From: Octopus vulgaris
Taxonomy: Eukaryota
Assembly: GCA_951406725.2 (NCBI GenBank)
Contig: OX597827.1
Coordinates: 51,708,001 to 51,772,000 of the forward strand
Length of the DNA stretch: 64,000 nucleotides
Reading direction: 5' to 3'
Shown: positions 39,405-52,879 of the stretch, in pieces
Layout of the letters: each line of letters begins with the position of its first letter
Numbering within the stretch: the first letter of the stretch is position 1
The notes under the pieces: generated by a model
The model's input: the letters and a program-made list of their open reading frames with translations, nothing else
Databases searched by the model: none
Told to the model about the DNA's origin: nothing
Made by a program: the position numbers and the translations under genes

Positions 39405-40312
39405 TTGTGTGCATGTGTTTTGCACACATGGCATTTCCAGATCTTATTGCTGGTAATTAATACCTACTAAATAAGTGAAATTAATTAATTATTAATTGCA
39501 GACATTAAATAAGGTGGTTACTACATTTCTAGAGTTCATAGTTGTCAGTGAACCATTAACGAGTGGGATAGATTCTGGTTTATTCACATGTCATGTAAAT
39601 TTATGGAAATTTATGAGCTTCTATAATTTATGCCTCTTTCCTTTTGTATTTGTTTTTTTACTCTTCCTTGTCTCAATTTAGATGTAAGGATCCTGCGTAG
39701 AGTAACGTGCAGCAAATCATGTACGCACACAATTTGAACCAAAGTACTATTATGTATAATACAGTTTATTCATTCTGTAACTCTTACATTTACTGAAACA
39801 ATGTACTTACTATAATATAATGATATATATCATTACAGTAACTATTTTTATCTTAGTGGTTGTTTTTATTGGTCTTATCTATATTATTTTATTGATTAAA
39901 TCTTACATATCTTGTTATTGTTTATAATCTCATTTCTTATTCTTTGAATTATTAGTATAATTTTAAATGTAGTGATCTGGCAGAATTGTTAGTATGTTAG
40001 ACACAATGCTTAGCAGCTTTTCTTCTGAATTTATATTTTGAGTTCAGATGCCTTTCGTCCTTTCGGTGTCAATTTAAATAAATACCTATTGAGCACTGGA
40101 TCAAGTTAATCAACTCATCCCACCCCCTACAATTGGCTTTGTACCAAAATTAGAAAGAATTATTAACATAATTATAATAGCTTTGTATTTGCTTTACTGC
40201 TTTTTGTCTTATATTTAGCATGTTGTTGTTGTTGTTCAGTCAAGTAGCCATCTCTCTCCCCCTAAAATTGCTGGCCTTGTGCCAAAATTAGACAGAATTA
40301 ATTGTTATAAAA

Positions 40313-40345
<33 letters not shown>

Positions 40346-40550
40346 TTAATAATAATCCTTTCTACTATAGGCCCAAGGCCTGAAATTTTGGAGGAGGGAG
40401 CCATTCGATTAGATCGACCTCAGTATGCAACTGGTACTTAATTTATCGTCCTCGAAAGGATGAAAGGCAAAGTCGACCTAATAATAATAATAATAATAAT
40501 AATTCTTTTAATTTTTTTTAAATATTTTTTTATTTTTATTTTTATAAAAA

Positions 40551-40589
<39 letters not shown>

Positions 40590-41666
40590 TCTTTTGTTGG
40601 CTACAAGGGCTAATATAAATTATACATAAAAGACAACACAAGACGATACAAAGGGTTCCCACATTCGTGTAAACATTAAATAACAAAAAAAGATGTGTGT
40701 TTGTGATTGACCACCCCCCACTTCTGACAACTGGTGTTGGTTTGTTTACATCCCTGTAACTTAGTGGTGCATCAAAATGGGACTGATAGAATAAGTACGA
40801 GGCTTAAAAAAAGTAGTGGGGTCGATTTCTTCAACTAAATCATTCAAGACAGTGCCCCAACACGACCGTAGTCTAATGACTGAAACAAGTAACAGAATAT
40901 AATAGGAATGTCTTTGTCTCAGTAATTGTTGTCTTTCTCTGCATATGTGTATAAGTCTGACCCTATTGGATATTAGGTAGTGAATGGCAGTATGACTCAT
41001 TTATGTATCTCACAAGATAACTCACATGTTCTAATCTTCCTTCTCTGCCCTAATTTATATATAATGGCTACACTGGGCTCACTCCCTTTGCATGACTTTG
41101 TTCTGTCTGTAATATGATACTCTATTATCTTTTATTTTTTGCTAACTTCTGTTCTTTATTTGATAGCTAGCTTTTGTCTGTTCTCTTTCAATTTTGTTTC
41201 TTAAATCTTAAAAAAAGCTTTATTTCTACAGTCAATTATACAGCATCATCATCATCATCGTTTGATGTCCATTTTCTATGCTGGCATGGGTTGGACGGTT
41301 TTTACTGAGGACTGGCAAGCCAGAAGGCTGTACCAGGCTCCAATCTGATCTGGCAAGGTTTCTACATCTGGATGCCCTTCCTAGTACCAACTACTCTGAA
41401 GGTGTAGTGGGTGCTTTTTACATGCCACCAGCACGCGTCCCAGTCAGGCGGTACTGGTCTCGGCCATGACAATGATTTCACTTGACTCAACAGGTCTTCT
41501 GAAGCAGTTTATTGCCCAACAATTGAAGGGTACCCTTAATTGGGCTGGTTATGCTACACTGGCATAGGTCATGGTTATGGTCTCATTTGGCTTGTCGGGT
41601 CTTTTCAAGCACAGCATATCTCCAAAGGTCTCTTTCGTTTGTCATCACCTCCATGAGGGCCAACAT
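37848..41666. repeat. About 750-bp near-identical inverted duplication
   Basis: Arms 37848-38603 and 40926-41666 include the RTE 3' UTR and about 330 bp of flanking sequence. Confidence 0.92.
38743..39046. mobile_element. MITE-like segment with perfect 30-bp inverted ends
   Basis: atttaggttagttgaaatatgtttgtcaca / tgtgacaaacatatttcaactaacctaaat; no clear TSD. Confidence 0.55.
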
Positions 41667-41985
41667 TTGAAGGTTGTGCTTCACCACATCATCCCAGGTC
41701 TTCCTGGGTCTACCTCTTCTACAGGTTCCCTCGACTACTAGAGTGTGACACTTTTACACACAACTGTCCTCATCTATTCGCAACATATGACCATACCAGC
41801 ACAGTTGTCTCTCAGGGCACTTACACTCTGTTGTGCATGCACACTGACATTACACATCCAGTGGAGCATACTAGCTTCATTTCTTGCAAGCTTACGCATG
41901 TCCTCAGCAGTCACGGCTCATGTTTCACTGCCGTGTAGCATGGCTGTCTGCACACATGCATCATACAGTCTACCTTTCACTCTTT
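41243..41985 (-). mobile_element. 5'-truncated RTE LINE, same family as 3228-4700
   Basis: Reverse complement of 3775-4700 with small deletions; (cat)n tail. Confidence 0.88.
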
Positions 41986-42129
41986 AAGTACAAAGATGCA
42001 GGAAGTAAAAAAGAAAGATTAAGAAGGAAAAGAAAGAAAAAAAGTTTGGGTAAAGCAGCAGAAGATGGAGGAGAGGGTTGATGGGCCACAAATGCTGGAA
42101 CAAATGGTGTGCTCAGCCATGTCCCTGCA

Positions 42130-42700
42130 ATAATGACCGTGATGGCATTGCTGCTGAGAATGGCCAGCAACACTCCCTGTAGTAGCCATCCCACTTCATG
42201 GAGCTCATTTCTCAGATGGGCCACCATTATCCCTATTTTATGGAGGAAATTGGTAGTACAGGATCTGATGGTGACTGGCACAAACTAGTAGTAGCTGGTC
42301 AGGACCTTGTATTTTTCTCCTCTGCATCACAGGTGGTGATACCTGGGTTTGCAGTGAACGTTGCACAGTTGGAATCAGAGAATGTGTCACTGCTCATCAC
42401 ATCCCAGACTAAGTATCTACATCCCTCGAATGGAAAATGGGTGATTCTGTTGGGACACTTACTGTCCCCATGGTCAAGACCTATGGGCTCCAGTTGAGAT
42501 GGAAAGCCAGCCTCGTTGAGGCCCCTTCTAATGTTATCCAGAGTGGTGTGTCAGGGGAATCGGCCTGTGCTAAAGCTGTATGACAATGGATGCAGGCTGA
42601 ATTCTTCTACTATTGTTGCATAACATTTGTGCAGCTCACACATGCAGAGACCAAGGTGTTGGGTCACTCCCATATGAGCGCACTCATCATCTAGAAGGGA
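42130..42700 (-). mobile_element. CRE-like non-LTR retrotransposon RLE-domain fragment
   Basis: Minus frame IRRGLNEAGFPSQLEPIGLDHGDSKCPNRITHFPFEGCRYLVWDVMSSDTF, compared with the LEP.GL.R.DGKRPDG.T..P...G..L.WD.T..DT signature. Confidence 0.7.
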
Positions 42701-43135
42701 ATTGATAGATAAGGAGGGTACCAAATTGAGCCATATGTCACTATTTGGTTGTGAGGCAGAACAGAGGCTGGCAAGATGGTTGCCTTCTGTTTTGATTTTT
42801 ATCTTTTGCTTTTTACACTTAGATTTTTATTTTCACTTCATTTCTATTTTTGTTCTTTTCCTCCTGTACATTTTTTTTTATAATTATATCTTTATTTTAG
42901 TAAATCCTTAAATGTAAGTTTGTTTTATTATTTCTGTCATTGGCTGTATTTATTTTCTTGGGGCTTGCTTCTTTGGTGTATAAGGGTAGTATTTTCAATT
43001 GGTTTTATATTTTGGTATCTCTACCTGATGAAATGGTTTGTTAAAGATTGTTAAAACAATTGTACGGAGAGACTCAAAGTATTTATAACTTCTTCTTTTC
43101 TGCAAATATTTCAATTACACATGAATGAACACACA

Positions 43136-43167
<32 letters not shown>

Positions 43168-43187
43168 TACACATGTGTGTGTGCATC

Positions 43188-43421
43188 TTAGAAAGAAAGA
43201 ATGGAGAAGTAAAACATGTGGTATCACTTTAGAGCATGTAATTTATAATTCAACCATAATTGCAGAGTAATAACTGTTAGAGTAAACAAGGGATAAAGAA
43301 ATCCCTTATTTTTCAATCCATTATTTCTAAATCCCTTATTTACTCTAACAACTCAGAAATTATGTTTTAATTATAGATTACATGTGCTAAAGTGTTTTGC
43401 TTGTTCATTCTTTCTTTCTAA
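43188..43421. repeat. Imperfect hairpin (MITE-like)
   Basis: Nested complementary blocks ttagaaagaaagaatg/cattctttctttctaa, cactttag..catgtaat/attacatg..ctaaagtg and tgttagagtaaa/tttactctaaca. Confidence 0.75.
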
Positions 43422-44028
43422 TATATATATACCTACTCAATGATGAATCACTTATAGTCATTCTATGCTAGGCAGCTACAAAACCACTTTTGTTTTAGTT
43501 GTTGTTCAAATTGGAGTTTTAGTGGTAAATCAACTTCAGCACTTACTGTGCATACTGTTACATTATGTCATTAGATGGAATTATATATATATGTATGTAT
43601 ACACACACATATGCTGTGGATACATGAATACTGTGTGAAATGCAATCAACGTTCTGCAATTAATGTTCTGTTTATCATTTAGGCAGTCATCATAATTGTT
43701 ATAATGTCTTGTTGTTGAGAGAGGCTCTCTTTCTTTCCTGATGAGAAGATTGCATTTCACACCGTTTATTCCTTTGGAATAAAACCATGTTGTCTTTGAA
43801 ACATATGTTGAAAGTGAAAGAATTTTATTAACATCTTCGTTCAACTCCATTTATTTATTTATTTATTTATCTATTTATAACACACAAATTACTGCACATT
43901 AACCCGGAGTTTCTACCTTTGGATAGGTCGCTTCAACCGTGTTTTTGATGAGAATTTTGCTACCCTGGTAACGGTTTATTGAATTTTCCATGTTAACAGT
44001 AAACATAGAATAATTCATTCATCCACTG

Positions 44029-44142
<114 letters not shown>

Positions 44143-44799
44143 ATGTATTTTTTATATTTATATATCATCATCATTATCATTTAATATCGAGTTTGACAGG
44201 ATCTAACAGGTCAGAGGACTGCATCATACTCCAATGTCTGTTTTGCCATGGTTTCTACAGCTTGATGCCCTTCATAATGCTAACCAATTTACAGAGTATA
44301 CTGGGTCCTCTTGTATGTTACTGGCAATAGAGCGGTTGCCAAGTAGCTTGCAAGACAAGATATAGAGTGGTGGGGCTTATACAAGTAATTGAGAGGCAAA
44401 ATGTATGATAGAAAGATAGGAACAGATGTCTTGCTGTAGAGAGGATACGTGGTTACTGGAAAAGGGCAAGAGGGTAAATGTGAGGGGAATAGGAACAGAG
44501 TATTAGGGAAGTTTGCAAGAGTGTGAGGTGAGTGACAGATGATTAGAGGTAGTGAATATAAGGATGTAGGTGGTGCAAACAGGATTGAGTATATAGGTGA
44601 ACAGCAAACAGTATAAGAGGCTTGGTCCCAGTTGGATATCAGTTGGGGGTGAAGGTGAAGGGAATAGGAGTGGGTCAAGGATGAGGGATGATAAGTGGCA
44701 ATTCATACAAAAGAGCAGTATTGTATTCATACAAAATAGATGAGAAATAGGGAGATGATATGATGTGTGTGTATTTAAGTGCCTTTTTATTTATATATA

Positions 44800-45382
44800 T
44801 CATCATCATCCTCGTTTGATGTTCGCTTTCCATGCTAGCATGGGATGGACGATTTGACTGAGGTCTGGTGAACCAGATGGGTGCACCAGACTCCAATCTG
44901 ATCTGGCAGAGTTTCTACAGCTGGATGCCCTTCCTAACACCAACCACTCTGAGAGTGTAGTGGGTGCTTTTACGTGCCACTTGCACGAGGGCCAGTCAGG
45001 CGGTACTGGCAACAGCCAAGCTCAAATGGTGCTTTTTATGTGCCTCCTGCACAGGAGCCAGTAAGGTGACACAGGTAACGATCACACTCGAATGGTGCTT
45101 TTTACATGCCACTGGCATGGAGGCCAGCTTGTTGCTCTGGCAACAATCATGCTCGTATGGTACTCTTAGCACTCCACTAGCATGGATGCCAGTCATCGAA
45201 TTTGATCTCAATTTCGATTTCGATTTCACTTGCCTCAACAGGTCTTCACAAGCAGAGTTTAGTGTCCAATGAAGGAAAGGTATGCATAAGTGGGCTGGTT
45301 CCACCCCTGGCATAGGCCACAAGGTTATGGCCTCACTTGAGCTTGTCGAGTCTTCTCAAGCACAGCATATTTTCAAAGGTCC
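44800..45382 (-). mobile_element. RTE 3' UTR copy
   Basis: Reverse complement of 4170-4700. Confidence 0.85.
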
Positions 45383-45615
45383 CGATATATATATATATAT
45401 ATATACACGTGCGTGTGTGTGTGTGTGTGTGCATGCGTGTGTGTGTGTGTAAAAATTTATACAAAAAGATGGAATATACTACAAACTACAATTGTTTCTG
45501 TGCAGTGGTATCAGCTCATAGTTGCTGAGTTTTCAGCCTCATAATATTACATAAATTATGGAGATGTACTTGCATAGCAAGTGACCTGATCTGAGATCAT
45601 GTGCTGGAATGAAAA

Positions 45616-46103
45616 CAATTGCAGCATGGAAGGTATTTATAAGCCATTTAAGAAACACACAAATACTATTAGATTTACTTCAACATTTAAATTTAATTTG
45701 TCAAAATATTTTCGGTGCTTTGAGACTGTGACCTGTTCACTGACAAAATTCTGTGCTACATCTCTGGGTCTTTTACCCTCTTGCCCTTTTCCAGTTGCAG
45801 TAACCATGTATCCTCTTTACAGCAAGACATCTATTCCTATCTCTCTATCATACTTTTTGCCTCTCAACTTCTTGTATAAACCCCACCACTCTATATCAAA
45901 GAATCTTGTCTTGCAAGCTATTTGGCAACCTCACTAATGCCAGTAACATACAAGAGGACCCAGCACAGAATTTTGTCAGTAAACAGGTCACGGTCTCAAA
46001 GAGACGGAAATACTTTGGCAAATAAAATTTAAATGTTGAAGTGAATCTAACAATTTTTGAGTGTTTCTTAAATGGCTTATAAACACCTTCTACTCTGCAA
46101 TTG
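45616..46103. repeat. About 140-bp inverted repeat enclosing an inverted copy of 44301-44478
   Basis: Arms 45616-45757 and 45962-46103; spacer 45772-45963. Confidence 0.85.
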
Positions 46104-46312
46104 GTTACATAAATTATTTTATAAATAATTATATAAATAAATATGATCCAACAGCAGCTGTATACCAGCACTTTATCAGGTAGGTTACTTTGAAAGCATC
46201 GCTGGATCACATTCAATTTCCCATCTCTTTTCATGCTTTTGCATAATAAGCTTTCTCATTATATAAATAACACAAGTTATAACAATATCACAAAAAGAAA
46301 AGAAAAAAGAAA

Positions 46313-46366
<54 letters not shown>

Positions 46367-47555
46367 TTCTTTATTAGCTACACAGGGCTGAACACAGCCA
46401 GGACAAATTACAAAGTAAAGCTTTTCTTTTGTGGGGAAAAAAAACTGGGGTAGGTTTTCGATCAAAAGGGATCGTAAAAAGGAAAAAAAAAAGAAAAGAA
46501 AAAAAGAAAAAGAAAAGGAAGAAAAGAAAAGAAAAAAGAAATGGCAGTAAAAATAAAAGTACATATATATCTAAATTCCAAAGCAAATACACCAAAATCC
46601 ATTAATGGAAGCAAAAAACAAAATGAAATGTCTAAATGTAGGTCAAATCATTCTGTCTTTTTATTCTATTTAAGTTTTTCTCTCTCTTTTTATCTTCGGA
46701 TATACACTAGAAATATTATGGTCATTACTCTCCCAGCAAGATATCCATTTACCTGTCAGTCCACTCATAAAACTTAATTTCATTTACCCTGTTATCAAAA
46801 TCATTAAGATTCTTATCACACTTGAATAGATTTATTTGCCTTTACCCATGTATACATTACAAATGTTCATTTGCTTGGTATATACATAGAAATATCTATA
46901 TCTAAATACACATATACATACACACACTGATATGGACATATATGTATATACACAGGCAACCATCTATTTTCTTTGTGGTAGCACACCTGTTTCTGTCTTC
47001 ATTCTGGATCTTTCTCTCACCAGCCAGGTAACCTTGTACTTCCTCTACAGCAAGACACCTGTATTTGTTGCACTTTAACCTTTTCATCATTACCTCTTCC
47101 AATGCCTCCTCCTCTCTCAAAAGTTTTTTTATGTCTTGCAAGTACTTGGTGACCCTGTCAGTGCTGGTGCCACTTAAAAGCACCCACTTCACTGTAAAGT
47201 GGTTGGCATTCAGAAGGGCATCCAGCTGTAAAAACCTTGCCAAAACTGACCTCGCCTGTACTTGTACTATATAATAAGCAATAAGTCCTCTCTGGTGAAT
47301 GGTTGTTTTTTAGGAAAGGCATCCAGCTGTAAAAATCCTGCCAAAACAGTCACAGACATCTAATTCATGCTTCAGCCTGGCCAGCTCTTGTGGTACTGTC
47401 CCACCCATGCTAGCATGGAAGATGGACGTTAAATGATGATGATGATGATGATATACAGTTATCAATTTGTGTTGCAGGATCCTTGACATGAAATTGTGTG
47501 TTGAAACCAATATTGTAGAATTTTGGGATGGTCATTTTTTTTTCATTTTTTGGGG

Positions 47556-48290
47556 TGCCAAATAAACACAAGCACTATATATTTTTTTTCACTCATTTAT
47601 TACTGTCCTTATTTTATTATTTTAACTCATATCCATTGTCCTGAAATCTTTTATCACACATCTGTGACCTCTTCAGTGACACTTTTCATTTACATATATG
47701 TTCTTGCTCCACTTACTCGATTCTGTTCTTCTAAAGTGTGTATCCGTATGTGCTCATGCATTTGTGTCATTGTTTGTGTGTCTGTGTGTGTGCGCGCATA
47801 TGTATGTGTATGTGCATGCATGCTTCTGTGTGTGTGTATGTTATAGTTTTTAGCAGCAGTGTAGCCTTCCCCTCAGTAGCTCCATCCACTTACCCCATTG
47901 TACTATTGCTGTCCTAAGACCCGAAAATATGGTACAGTTCCTGTATTCCTCTGTGTATGTGTGTTTGCCCACGGTGTTGCCATCGTGGTAGTTGTAGTTG
48001 TTGTTATTGCCATCGTTATCACCACTGCTGCTACTGTCGTTAACATGATTAACGACAGCATACACACACACACACAAGGACACAGACACATGCACACATA
48101 AGGATACACACCTTAAAAGAATAGAATGGAGTAAGTGGAGCAAGAACACACAAAAATGAAAACTGTCGCTGAAGAGGTCACAGATGTGTGATAAAGATTT
48201 CCAGACAATGGACATGAGTTAAAATAATAAAATTAGAACAATAATAAACAAGTGAAAAAAAAAATACATAGTGCATGTATTTATTAGGCA
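47556..48290. repeat. Diverged inverted repeat with arms of about 240 bp
   Basis: For example tttatcacacatctgtgacctcttcag / ctgaagaggtcacagatgtgtgataaa. Arms about 47556-47800 and 48060-48290. Confidence 0.85.
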
Positions 48291-48316
48291 AAAAAAAAAA
48301 CATGATGAAATATAAC

Positions 48317-48357
<41 letters not shown>

Positions 48358-48359
48358 AC

Positions 48360-48450
<91 letters not shown>

Positions 48451-48923
48451 CATTTCTATATATATTTACTTCTACATTTATCTTCAAACCCTACATACAT
48501 ACCTACTCATGCACATGCACATCTGCAAAACCTACATACATACATACATTCATACATACACGCACACACTTATGTACATACACACACATATAAAAGCTAT
48601 TCTTTTCATTTTATATCATTAGGTTAAATCAATATTTTAACTCCTACATATTCTGTATCCTTTTCTAAATTTTTGTATTCATCTAAACATCAGTAATGAC
48701 GTGAAAGTATGTTAACTGCAGTTTCTAGCAAATAACATATGATCATTTATATTGGTACTTTCAAATCATTATAATAATTACATAATACATGTAAACAACA
48801 TGTTATTAAAAATAATCATCTTATTTTAATTATAATTTTGACTCGATAAAATATCAATATCACTTTGAAAATTATCTGTTCTTTCTAAATTCTAGAAATG
48901 AATTTTTCAGTCTATTGTTGTGT

Positions 48924-48990
<67 letters not shown>

Positions 48991-50423
48991 CAATGGGTTT
49001 TTAAATGTTAATTTATTAATGGTTATAGACCAGAGGCTCTCAACCATTTTTTGTCCATGGACCCCTTTGATTACTTTTTCATTCTGATGGAACACACCAT
49101 CATCTTGGCATAGATCAACATTGTTGAGATAGGAATTTTGATCTCTATGTTTTTAATATAAAGAGACTTATACAAGATGGCAGATGTCAGCAGTCATACA
49201 ATTCCATTAATACATTGAACAGTTCATCTGTATTGGAATTTTTTAACCTATGCTGAGCCCTTACTAAATTGAAATGTTTTCTTGCATGCATGAAATGTTT
49301 TCTTGTATGCATGATAAAGTCTAGGTTTATACAACCTATGACAACATGTTTTTGCAAACTCGATCACTTTATCAAGCAGCAATCTCGGTATAGAGGAATA
49401 AAAATCTATAATATCAGTGTAAATCTAGCCTGATACTTATTCTTTAAATGCTTAAACCAATCTTTTACAGTTTTGCTATTATCCCATACTTGTAGCATAG
49501 TATCTCTCTGATTTTGAAATTAATAATATTCCTTAGTATTATTTTTTTTTTGGCTTCTGACCCAGTGTCAGTCTCCCCTGAGTTTAACAATCTACTTTTT
49601 GAACCCACTTTTGTCTTGTTTTTCTCTCATGATTTCTCTTGTTCTGTTGTCCTGATTTGTAACTTTTCGGCCATGTGCCCAGAGCACAAAGATTACATGG
49701 AGACACTAGGCATGTTTTAAATACCTCCAATGAATGAGATTATTAGTAGCAGCACGTAACTATATACTGTATACATTAAGCAATAGATAGATAGATAGAC
49801 AGATAGATAAACAGACAGAGGGGGAGGGAGTGAGGGAGAGTACAAAGTATAAATGAAAGAGAATGATGAGACATATTCATATAAACACTTGAATGAATGT
49901 GCATGTATATATGTATGCATGCATGCATGCATTGAGAAGTTTGTGTGTGTGTTTTACAACTGGTGTGGTTGTTTGCGTTGTCTCTAAACCACGATTTATT
50001 GACCTATGGCAATCATGTCAAGTAGTGAATTATATTACCACATTTTAGAGAAAGTATTGGCAGCCCTTATTTAGTTAGTACCTTATTAGAGCTATTACCT
50101 GGCATGGTGCTACTTTAGGATGATTGTTGATCTAAATTTTGTAGCTTTTATATTTAACGAAAGACAGCATATAAAGGTAAAGATTGCAAAGATTCAGAAA
50201 TAAAGACTAGAACTTGCAGCATTTATCTACACAAGGAAGTATACCCCTTATAATGAGAATGTTGTCTCTGACTTAATTTCTCAAGCATATACCTGTTCAT
50301 CTACTTCCAGACTCATATCCTTAAAGGAATGAATACTACTTAAAATTTTGTGACTAGCTGTAAGAATAGATTATTTTTAGATTAAGTTGAACACCCTAAT
50401 TGTCATTCAAATTATGCAAATAT

Positions 50424-50504
50424 TAGGTACTGTGGCTGTTCATGACTTGGTAGGTACTGTGGCTGTTCATGACTTGGTAGGTACTGTGGCTGTTCATGAC
50501 TTGG
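50424..50504. repeat. Perfect 3 x 27-bp tandem repeat
   Basis: taggtactgtggctgttcatgacttgg repeated three times. Confidence 0.95.
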
Positions 50505-51022
50505 TGCTCTGTTCTGATGCCCAGGTAATCCCCATGGTTCCTATTGTAGTTCAAAATTGATGAAACCTGTCATACCAGATTCAGAAGACAATGGTGACAT
50601 GCTACAAAGTGGAAGATGGAACAGTACCTCTACAAGAACTCAAGGAGATTCAGTTGTGTACCAGACTCTCCCAATTAGTATATGTGGGAATATTTATATA
50701 AAGTTTTGCTTGATACTGCTTAAGTTTACTTTTTTGGTTTTCCATGCTTACTTATAAATGGAAGTGGTCTGGTTGACAGTGCAATGAAGAAAATCTTACA
50801 AGGTGCTATGATATTCTGATCTGTAGATTACATTGGTAAAATGTGAAACTAATCTATAACTGATCAATAATCAATTAAGTTCAATAAATCATTGTAGCAG
50901 CCACCAGGTTTTCACTTTCCTTATAATTACATTGTCCTATCACCAATTTGTACATGCATTTTCAAAGCTTTTTTTCCATTGCTGTTTAAGTATGATGTTC
51001 TGAACCTCTCTTCCATTTCCAG

Positions 51023-51165
51023 CAAAAAGCAAGATCTGAAGACCATATCCACTCCACGATTACTAGAGCAGTATGTTGCAGTTTATGACTTCAACAAGCA
51101 GAACAAAGATGAGATTGATATTAATGCTGGAGACAGCCTAGAAGTCATTGAGAAATGTGAAGATG
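51023..51165 (+). CDS. SH3PXD2A: SH3PXD2-like exon, linker plus N-half of SH3 #1
   Basis: ttccag|C...GATG|gtaaag; 143 nt, phase 2/1. Translates KKQDLKTISTPRLLEQYVAVYDFNKQNKDEIDINAGDSLEVIEKCED(G). Confidence 0.94.
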
Positions 51166-52094
51166 GTAAAGTACCCTATATCATTCCCACCTGCCTTCTC
51201 CTTACATCTCTCTCTCTTTCTCTCTCTAACTACAGCTACATATGTATTTCAACTACTACTACTACCACCACCACTTCTGTGAGGAGTAACAATCATATTA
51301 TTATCTTAAACTGTAACCTCCCTTGCACATGTACCTGAAGAAAATTTTAAAGACATTTGCTATTAAACACTAAATAACAATTTTATCAACATATCTATAA
51401 AACTTTCAACAAAAATTAAGAAATAAACTACCTTTTAAGATGCTGTTTGTTAGCTTGAGAATATGATATATAATTTTTTTTTATACAACACAAAATTTTA
51501 AGTAAAGTGTAATGTAAACAGCAAATAAGAATGAAACAAAGCGAAAAACAAAAAGGCATTATAAGAATGAATACATGCAACAAACAATCAAAATCCTAAT
51601 GACTAAAATTTGATTCCCATATATGTTGTGAAAGAAAATAATTAGAATAGTTTAAAATAAAGTGGTTTTTGATAATGAGCTGCAACCAGTTACCAGCTCT
51701 CATAATCTACCCTGTTTTAAGCAATTTTTAAAGTTTTCTTTGTTTTCCATGTTACCTGGCAAGTAGTGTGTTTTTTACTGTTATTCTTGTTTTGTTCAGA
51801 TCTGAAATTTCATGAGAAGCTGATGAGCTAGTTTCTTATTTCAAAATGTAATTGACTTAGTTTTCACTGCTTCTTGCTCACACACTTCCACATTCTATTA
51901 TTGTTTTCTCCCAAACTTTCAGTAATAAATCCAAAGAAAATAATGAAGACTATCACAATAAACTTAGCAGAATATTATTTCCATTAAACCTATTACTAAT
52001 CAGTTGGTGGGTAACTTCAGAAGTACAGCTGTTTTACTTTTTTTTTTTTTTTACTTTTACTTTTTTGTACCAGTATAAATTTGAGAGTCATTTA

Positions 52095-52645
52095 CGTGGG
52101 TGAGTCAAAAAGTAATGCCGTTTTGATTAGGACAGGTATAATTACCAGCACAGGAACATGTATCATACATCAAAATGAAGCTGGTCCTCTGTGGATCACA
52201 TGCCTACATCTCAACATAGTTGCCTGTTTCTCTCAATAGCAATGTTCCACCATTGAATGAGAGCATGTATCCCTACCCTGTAAAATTCTGTTGACTGTTC
52301 TTTGAGCCACTTCTTCACTACAGTTTTCACTTCCTCTTACTGGATTATCATCTCTTCAGCTCCATAAAAGAAGGTTTGAGAGGCAAACATTATTCTAGTG
52401 CCAAAGAAGTGAAAACTGTAGTGAAGAAGTGACTCAGAGAACAGTCAACAGAATTTTACGGGGCAGGGATACATGCTCTCATTCGAAGGTGGAACATTGC
52501 TATTGAGAGAAACAGTTGAGAAATGTTGAGAAGTAGGGATGTGATCTACAGAGGACCAGCTTCATTTTGATGTATGATACATGTCCCTGTGTTGGTAATT
52601 ATACCTGTCCTAAACAAAATGGCATTACTTTTTGACTCACCCTTG
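52095..52645. mobile_element. Foldback mariner derivative made of two 3' ends
   Basis: TA TSD, inverted arms of about 240 bp, and a plus-strand remnant DYHLFSSIKEGLRGKHY...IHALIRRWNIAIE (mariner C-terminus). Confidence 0.88.
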
Positions 52646-52879
52646 TACATAGCTGTTGTGTGATCTGATGTAAACTCGAACTTCGATATCTCCTTTCACA
52701 GGTTTAAATGGAACATAGTGTTTAAATTTCAAACAGCCTTTTTAACCAATTGTAACTTCATCAATAGAAATGAAAATTATTTTGCAATCTATCCTCAAAA
52801 GACCACATGTGGTGAGTTCAGCATGTCTGGGATTGTTCTTTGGAGGATTATTTCCCCAACAGTTACTAACCCTCAACAA

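Noticed and set aside
49028-49095. hAT/Charlie-like TIR start (cagaggctctcaacc)
   Set aside because: No matching second TIR or 8-bp TSD found.
50557-50757. 66-aa ORF just upstream of the SH3 exon as a possible extra exon
   Set aside because: No convincing acceptor/donor pair; 25737 already joins 51023 in frame.
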